This document shows positions 8,194 to 12,533 of a stretch of DNA of 12,533 nucleotides, one piece after another. Under the pieces are notes generated by a model. The model saw only the letters and a program-made list of their open reading frames with translations, made no database searches and was not told the origin of the DNA. Each line of letters begins with the position of its first letter. The stretch's first letter is position 1. Source of the stretch: Bdellovibrionales bacterium (lineage in GTDB: Bacteria; Bdellovibrionota; Bdellovibrionia; Bdellovibrionales; UBA1609); assembly GCA_050246815.1 (NCBI GenBank), contig JBFWVI010000002.1, forward strand, positions 101,370-113,902. The letters are read 5' to 3'. The translations under genes were made by a program, and so were the position numbers.

Positions 8194-8218
8194 TGGGGCC
8201 AGTCCGTCACTGGCCCCA
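8194..8218 (+). terminator. GC-rich hairpin after the peptidase (terminator or 3' stabilising stem; no U-tract)
   Basis: Perfect 10-bp stem TGGGGCCAGT-CCGTC-ACTGGCCCCA, 10 nt after the stop. It is followed by GGGTCTCTC, not poly-T. Confidence 0.5.
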
Positions 8219-8272
8219 GGGTCTCTCAGTCGCACACATTGAACCGCTGAATCACTAACGATACGATTTTAG

Positions 8273-8289
8273 TTGGCGATCGTTTTGCA
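8273..8289 (+). promoter_or_regulatory. sigma54 (RpoN) -24/-12 promoter of the DUF4360 gene
   Basis: TTGGCGATCGTTTTGCA = TGGC...TTGCA with exact GG-N10-GC spacing. Predicted +1 is ~8300, just before the GGGGG SD-like tract and ATG 8313. Confidence 0.65.
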
Positions 8290-8312
8290 GTCCCCTTTGC
8301 CGGGGGTGCAAA

Positions 8313-9050
8313 ATGCGATGGCAACAACTGCTGCAAGTTTTTTTGATGACCAACTTAGCGGGAGCCGCTTTGGCACATGCTCAAGCGCCGGATCAGGTCC
8401 GCGTGCGGGGCATTCGATCTTCGGGGCAGGGTTGCCCCCTGGGCAGCGCAGAGGCTGTGATTTCACCGGACGCGCAGTCCTTTTCACTTTTACTCGACAA
8501 TTATATGGCACAGGCCCAGCCCGGCGTGCCGACCTCACGGCGTGACTGTGATATCGAAGTGGATTTAGACATTCCTTCGGGCTGGAGTTACGCTCTGGTG
8601 GGTGCAGATTACCGAGGTTTTGTTGACGTGCCGGCGGGCGCAGTGGCCGCCCAGCGCGTGATTTATGCGTTTGAACAAAGCCGCGACCGCAGGCCGGGTT
8701 ACAGTGACGGCAAAGGCTTCGCGTTTAATGCCACCGAGTTTCGCGGCCCGACCACTCAAGATTACACCATCCAACACACCCTCAATATCGTTTCCGCGCC
8801 ACGTAGCGGCTGCTCGTCAGGCGGTGTTCAGACCTTATATATGAATACTCTTTTGATGGCGCGTTTGATGAGCGCGCGTCACAGCACTTCAACCATCACG
8901 CTGGATTCAATGGATGGAAGTGTGCAAAGCCAGAATTATCGCTTGGCTTGGTTTCGTTGTGACCATGTGAGTCCGCGTCCGGACCCTCGTGATCCTCGTC
9001 CACCACGTCGTCCTTTACCGCCTCGTCGCCCGGGGCGCGGTGGCCGATAG
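8313..9050 (+). CDS. Secreted DUF4360-family protein with Pro/Arg-rich C-terminal tail (245 aa)
   Basis: Signal peptide ending ALAHA. Hallmark DUF4360 motifs: GxGCPxGS...SPD..SF.L..D.Y.A, 'RRDC.I.V.L.IP.GW.Y....ADYRGF', 'LDS.D...Q.Y.L.W.RC'. Confidence 0.88.
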   Translation: MRWQQLLQVFLMTNLAGAALAHAQAPDQVRVRGIRSSGQGCPLGSAEAVISPDAQSFSLLLDNYMAQAQPGVPTSRRDCDIEVDLDIPSGWSYALVGADYRGFVDVPAGAVAAQRVIYAFEQSRDRRPGYSDGKGFAFNATEFRGPTTQDYTIQHTLNIVSAPRSGCSSGGVQTLYMNTLLMARLMSARHSTSTITLDSMDGSVQSQNYRLAWFRCDHVSPRPDPRDPRPPRRPLPPRRPGRGGR

Positions 9051-9087
9051 ATCTGCTCAATAAATAAGCATGTGGAGCATTTTGGCC

Positions 9088-9118
9088 CTGAGAGTTCGTC
9101 TGAGCTCTCAGTTTTTTT
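9088..9118 (+). terminator. Rho-independent terminator of the DUF4360 gene
   Basis: CTGAGAGTTC-GTCT-GAGCTCTCAG forms a 10-bp stem with one G-U pair, followed by T7. Confidence 0.85.
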
Positions 9119-9190
9119 GTTCAAACCTCTTTAATTTAACACTCATGAAAGATGCGTCGCGTTAAGCGGCGTCACATTTTCACCAATCCT

Positions 9191-9207
9191 TTGGCTCATG
9201 CTTTGCT
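9191..9207 (+). promoter_or_regulatory. sigma54 (RpoN) -24/-12 promoter of the Pro-rich protein gene
   Basis: TTGGCTCATGCTTTGCT with exact GG-N10-GC spacing, ~60 nt upstream of ATG 9268. Confidence 0.65.
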
Positions 9208-9267
9208 CTACACGGGGATGCAAGTTTGATTTGGTGTCGAAATGACATTTTTAAAAAAGGGGGAATT

Positions 9268-9837
9268 ATGAACAAATTTATTTCGGTTGTGTTGGCGCTG
9301 GTGATCAACGCCATCAGTTTACCAACCATGGGCTTTGCTCAAGGTGTTTTCGTCACCGGTGGTGTTGAAATCAATCGCACGCCGCCACTGCCGCCGCAAC
9401 CGCGACCGCCTCGGCCCCCCGTGCACCGCCCACCGCCGCAGCGACCACCTCCGCATCGTCCTCCTCCGCAACGCCCACCGCCATACAATCCACCCCCGCA
9501 ACCGCCACGTTACGAGGAAGTCACTCGCAGCTTGATGCGCTTGTACGTCAATGAGTCGATCGACTTGGATGCCTTGTTCGGTTTGAACCGTTGGTATCGT
9601 GGTTACACTGTTGATTACGTCACGGTTCGCATCAGCAACGCCGATCCGCGCTTGCAAGAGCTCACTTTGCGAGTGAACGGCTACACCGAAGATCGTATCC
9701 GCCCCTATGGCTATGTAAATGACCTGGCTGTGCATGGCTGGAAAGAAGTGGGTCGCGAAATCAGCTGGATCGACTTGTTCGTTTCGGGACAGGTGGAAAT
9801 CCAGTCGATTACGGTGCGCATGACCCGCAACTGGTAA
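9268..9837 (+). CDS. Secreted protein with Pro/Arg repeat followed by a ~105-aa predicted beta-sandwich domain (189 aa)
   Basis: ATG 9268 follows AAGGGGGA and begins a signal peptide (MNKFISVVLALVINAISLPTMGFA), so it is preferred over TTG 9226. The C-terminal domain has alternating beta-strand patterns (GYTVDYVTVRI, LTLRVNG, IDLFVSGQVEIQSITVRM) resembling Bdellovibrio secreted beta-sandwich proteins. Confidence 0.85.
   Translation: MNKFISVVLALVINAISLPTMGFAQGVFVTGGVEINRTPPLPPQPRPPRPPVHRPPPQRPPPHRPPPQRPPPYNPPPQPPRYEEVTRSLMRLYVNESIDLDALFGLNRWYRGYTVDYVTVRISNADPRLQELTLRVNGYTEDRIRPYGYVNDLAVHGWKEVGREISWIDLFVSGQVEIQSITVRMTRNW
9424..9498 (+). repeat. In-frame 15-bp degenerate tandem repeat x5 encoding HRPPP-QRPPP-HRPPP-QRPPP-YNPPP
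   Basis: CACCGCCCACCGCCG / CAGCGACCACCTCCG / CATCGTCCTCCTCCG / CAACGCCCACCGCCA / TACAATCCACCCCCG. Differences among the first four units fall at third codon positions. Confidence 0.85.
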
Positions 9838-9857
9838 GCGCAATCAAAAATGAGTTT

Positions 9858-9891
9858 AAAAAACGGGAGCCTTAGGGCTCCCTTTTTTTTT
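9858..9891 (+). terminator. Rho-independent terminator (potentially bidirectional)
   Basis: AAAAAA-C-GGGAGCC-TTAG-GGCTCCC-T9. Confidence 0.9.
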
Positions 9892-9989
9892 GAGTTGACC
9901 TAGACCATGGTTTTTATTTAGGGCAGCCATAAGTGAATTATGACGATGTGCACACTTATCAACTGAGCTATCCACAAAGTCGTGCTTAG

Positions 9990-10157
9990 AAAAAGATTTG
10001 CGAAAGGGTTATTGCGCAAGCTTCTTCAACAAAGGCCAAAAAGACTGGCGATAAATATCAATCGCTTATCAACCGGACTCTTCGAGAAGCTCTGGAGAAA
10101 CCAGAACTAGAAAAACGCATCGAGCGGCTCGAACAGAAAATGAAAAAGCTGGGTTAA
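9990..10157 (+). pseudogene. Remnant of a BrnA-type (ribbon-helix-helix) type II antitoxin
   Basis: The frame from 10032 reads KAKKTGDKYQSLINRTLREALEKPELEKRIERLEQKMKKLG* (TAA 10155-10157). This matches the BrnA/CopG-like 'G..YQ.LIN..LR' helix plus a short coiled-coil tail. There is no ATG/GTG/TTG between the upstream TAG (9987) and the motif. Confidence 0.6.
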
Positions 10158-10161
10158 TTTT

Positions 10162-10344
10162 CGGCTTTGGAGAATATTGCTCCAAGCACACCCTGTTGAA
10201 TCCAAAGCCGCCATTCACAGGGGCCGGGGAGGATGGCCATTTTTGTCCTTTTGCGGTCATTCCGCAGTAAAAGATAAATGTTGCCCAAAAACCTGCGGTT
10301 GGGCGTTGGACCAAAGAAAGTCTAGTTTTGGGATTGATTTGGGC
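10162..10344. other. Dense cluster of overlapping inverted repeats (candidate structured RNA)
   Basis: CGGCTTTGGA(10162-71)/TCCAAAGCCG(10201-10); TTGGAG/CTCCAA; CCCTGtTGAAT/ATTCACAGGG; CTTTTGCGG/CCGCAgtAAAAG; GCCCAA/TTGGGC; CCCAAAA/TTTTGGG. Confidence 0.35.
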
Positions 10345-10363
10345 CCCCGTCCGCGATTAAGTT
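10334..10363 (+). promoter_or_regulatory. Possible sigma70 promoter producing a leaderless pmtA mRNA
   Basis: TTGATT-N18-TAAGTT ends 8 nt before ATG 10372. There is no SD (the upstream sequence is GACCCCCT). Confidence 0.4.
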
Positions 10364-10371
10364 GACCCCCT

Positions 10372-10992
10372 ATGTTGGACGAGAATTTTTACTACGCTTA
10401 TCAGCGCTACGCGCGTTTCTACAATTTCTACTTTGGTAAGGTCATGAACCCCGGTCGCATCAAGGCCATTGAGTTCGCCAAACTGCAACCAGGTGAGAAG
10501 GTTTTAGAGGTCGGTGTTGGCACGGGGCTTTCGCTGCCGTTTTACCCGCGCAATGTCGAGCTCACTGGCATTGACCTGTCCCCGCATATGCTTAACCGCG
10601 CTAAAAAATTGGTGATCGACGAAGAGTTATCCAATGTTAAAGCTCTGGAAATTATGAACGCAGAGGCGATGACTTTTGCCGACAACTCCTTTGATTGCGT
10701 CATGGCGATGCATGTGTCAACTGTGGTCGGCAATGCCGAGAAATTTGCCGATGAAATGCGCCGGGTTTGTAAGCCGGGCGGGCGTATCGTCATCGTCAAT
10801 TACTTTCACGATCCGGATTCGGCGTTTGGTATGGTTTCAGGTTTACTGGCGCCTTATGCGCGCTTGATCGGCTTTCGCCACGATCTGACCTTAAAAGAGT
10901 TCTTGCAGCGCACGAAGTTCGTCATCGACAAATCCGTGCCTGTCAATTTGTTCAAAATGCACGACGTCTTTTTGGTCCGGAACAACAAGTAA
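10372..10992 (+). CDS. pmtA: Class I SAM-dependent methyltransferase, Rhodobacter-type phosphatidylethanolamine N-methyltransferase
   Basis: AY.RYA.FY...FG.V..PGR N-terminus; motif I VLEVGVGTGLSL; GIDLS..ML; F.DNSFD.V.AM.V.TVV; EM.RVCKPGGRIVIVN.F. The methyltransferase fold is certain; the PmtA specificity is inferred from these signatures. Confidence 0.8.
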   Translation: MLDENFYYAYQRYARFYNFYFGKVMNPGRIKAIEFAKLQPGEKVLEVGVGTGLSLPFYPRNVELTGIDLSPHMLNRAKKLVIDEELSNVKALEIMNAEAMTFADNSFDCVMAMHVSTVVGNAEKFADEMRRVCKPGGRIVIVNYFHDPDSAFGMVSGLLAPYARLIGFRHDLTLKEFLQRTKFVIDKSVPVNLFKMHDVFLVRNNK

Positions 10993-10995
10993 AGG

Positions 10996-12066
10996 CTATT
11001 TCTTTTTAATGAGCTCACCCTTGCTGAGCTGCGCCGCGGAGTTCTGCTTTTGCAGTTCACTGCCATCGCAAAGTAACAGCTGAGAAGGAGGGCGTCCCAC
11101 CACCGTCAGTTGATCCTTTGGGCGGGGCCCGCAGGCCTTGACGGCACTCAAATTGATCATGGTGTAGGCGGCGGAACCTAAGGTGGCGCGCGACACTTTT
11201 AAGATCTTTTCGATCTCAAGCTGCAACTCGGGCTTTTTGAACTCGAATTCGCTGTAACACCAGTCGCGGCCGTCACTGCCCATGGGGCAACGGTCTGTCT
11301 TTAAGCACGGATAAAGAATCTGCCAATCCATGTCGATCAGTATCTCACGCAGGCGCAACGCGCCCCGAGCACTGGCCTCGGCGGCAGGTTCGGTCAGCAG
11401 CAGCCATGTCGGCGTTTCCAGTTGAGCCCAGCTGTGCAAAGTTTCTAGTAAATGCCCGCGCAGTCGAGGGTTGCTTGAAAGCTCATTCCACACATAACCA
11501 AGACAAAGGATATTCAGGCGGGCTGGCCGACTTTGCCAACGCTGCATCAAGTGGTTGGTCTGCGGGTCATCAAGGGCTTTCGAAAGACTTTGCGCTTTGG
11601 CTTTTGGCGCAAGCTCTTCCAGCATCTGTTGCGCCGCTTGTACCAAGTGACGACTTCTGTCGACCAGCTCGAACTCAAAATCTTTTTCTTCAGCCTGTGA
11701 TCGCAGAGCCAAAAAAACGGCTTGGCTGCCAGCCCCAGTGCCGGCCCCCAAATCAATCACGCGGATCGGTCCTGGACCTTGCGGTAAAGCTAGCCCACGG
11801 TTCAAACTTCTTTGCAAAAGCCCCAGAAAACGAGCCACATTGGGCAAGTGAAACCCCAAAAGATAAGGCCCGACCAGACGTGCATCGGTAAAGGGTAAGC
11901 GCCCCAGTTCGCGCCGTTGTTGGGTGTAGATTTGCCAGATCAACAGCAGGTTGGCACGATGCAGCTCCAACGCGGTTTTGAAGTTACGGCAACGGGGAGA
12001 ATGGTTCAAAACGGCCTGCTGCCAAAGATCGACGATATTCTTAGGAATTGAAATGGGTGGTGTCAT
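10996..12066 (-). CDS. Rsm22/METTL17-family (small ribosomal subunit) SAM-dependent methyltransferase-like protein (356 aa)
   Basis: YLLGFHLPNVAR, motif I VIDLGAGTGAGS, VWNEL, 'EPA...A...L.LRE.L', 'ILYPC.....CPM......WC.SE' and a late LLLCDG. Confidence 0.8.
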   Translation of the reverse strand: MTPPISIPKNIVDLWQQAVLNHSPRCRNFKTALELHRANLLLIWQIYTQQRRELGRLPFTDARLVGPYLLGFHLPNVARFLGLLQRSLNRGLALPQGPGPIRVIDLGAGTGAGSQAVFLALRSQAEEKDFEFELVDRSRHLVQAAQQMLEELAPKAKAQSLSKALDDPQTNHLMQRWQSRPARLNILCLGYVWNELSSNPRLRGHLLETLHSWAQLETPTWLLLTEPAAEASARGALRLREILIDMDWQILYPCLKTDRCPMGSDGRDWCYSEFEFKKPELQLEIEKILKVSRATLGSAAYTMINLSAVKACGPRPKDQLTVVGRPPSQLLLCDGSELQKQNSAAQLSKGELIKKK

Positions 12067-12533
12067 GGTTTGCTTGCGAACTTAAACTCGCCCCCTTGTC
12101 CTGTCACCAATTTCAGTCGCAATTGTGACAGATGGGTGCCGCCGACCTCCAGGGTGGCGGGTACGCCAGAGCCCAGAAGGTCCAAAGCCGCCTGAAATGC
12201 AAAAACTGATTTTGAAAAGGCCTCGCCAAACTCGGCGAAAGCCCTGACGAACTTTTCACGTTCTTGGCGCAGATCATTCATGGCTCGAAGAGAGACCCAC
12301 ATCAGCCGCATGGCGCTTTTGGTGTCTTGTTCAAGGCGGTAGCGGCAGCCCTTCAGGTCCCAGCCGTACTCGGCGCAAAGATCAAGAGGATCCTCTTCAG
12401 CACTCAAAGCTTCTGTCAAACGTCGTGCGTAAGATTCTGCGAGTCTTGCGCCCAAGGCGACAAACTGATCTTGGCTCAAATCCAAGGAGGCCTTGATCCA
12501 GCGGTCCACCAGCGGCTGGTCAAAGCTGATTTC
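12063..12533 (-). CDS. Hypothetical helical protein, 5' end outside the window
   Basis: The frame is open to the window edge (EISFDQPLVDRWIKASLDL...), so the track start at 12509 is probably internal. Its stop overlaps the Rsm22-like start (ATGA, 12063-12066). Confidence 0.75.
   Translation of the reverse strand, partial: EISFDQPLVDRWIKASLDLSQDQFVALGARLAESYARRLTEALSAEEDPLDLCAEYGWDLKGCRYRLEQDTKSAMRLMWVSLRAMNDLRQEREKFVRAFAEFGEAFSKSVFAFQAALDLLGSGVPATLEVGGTHLSQLRLKLVTGQGGEFKFASKP

Noticed and set aside
2340..8235. Numerous short alternative-frame and antisense ORFs inside the two large genes
   Set aside because: They are fully or largely nested in long, well-supported CDSs and have no protein-like features.
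9376..9510. CRISPR or VNTR interpretation of the C-rich repeat
   Set aside because: The units are contiguous, in frame, synonymously diverged and have no spacers; this is a coding low-complexity repeat.
9968..9976. DnaA-box-like CTATCCACA
   Set aside because: A single copy with one mismatch; no box cluster or origin-associated genes.
10248..10291. SAM-II/SAM-V riboswitch call
   Set aside because: Only the 3' tail is similar. The conserved GAUUU loop and GCUAAA are missing, and it is not adjacent to an SD. Kept only as an unassigned structured candidate.
10069..10365. ORFs 10069-10314 (-) and 10177-10365 (+)
   Set aside because: TTG-type starts and atypical composition; they overlap the antitoxin remnant and the inverted-repeat cluster.
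11406..11891. 161-aa + strand ORF
   Set aside because: It is antisense to the Rsm22-family gene and has no motifs.

Overview
Chromosomal window, probably from a Bdellovibrionota-like predatory bacterium (inferred from the DUF4360 protein, the Pro-rich beta-sandwich protein, the orphan lipoprotein and the sigma54-type promoters; not verified). Left to right: a truncated phytoene-desaturase/PYROXD2-family FAD oxidoreductase (- strand, missing from the ORF track) and a Tyr-rich lipoprotein (-). Divergent from these is a cluster of four secreted proteins: a 1058-aa unknown protein with a possible degenerate kinase-like N-terminal domain and a beta-rich C-terminal half; a 934-aa S8 subtilisin that is ATGA-coupled to it, appears to lack a prodomain and has a long C-terminal extension; a DUF4360 protein with a Pro/Arg tail; and a Pro/Arg-repeat beta-sandwich protein. 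The last two each have their own sigma54 -24/-12 motif and terminator. A 480-bp 'intergenic' stretch then holds an unannotated decayed BrnA-type antitoxin remnant and a densely structured ~180-nt element. The window ends with a PmtA-type phospholipid N-methyltransferase (possibly leaderless), converging on an Rsm22/METTL17-family methyltransferase with four candidate Fe-S cysteines and a truncated hypothetical gene. The best candidate for an undescribed system is the coupled large secreted protein plus prodomain-less subtilisin pair, possibly with the downstream Pro/Arg-tailed secreted proteins.
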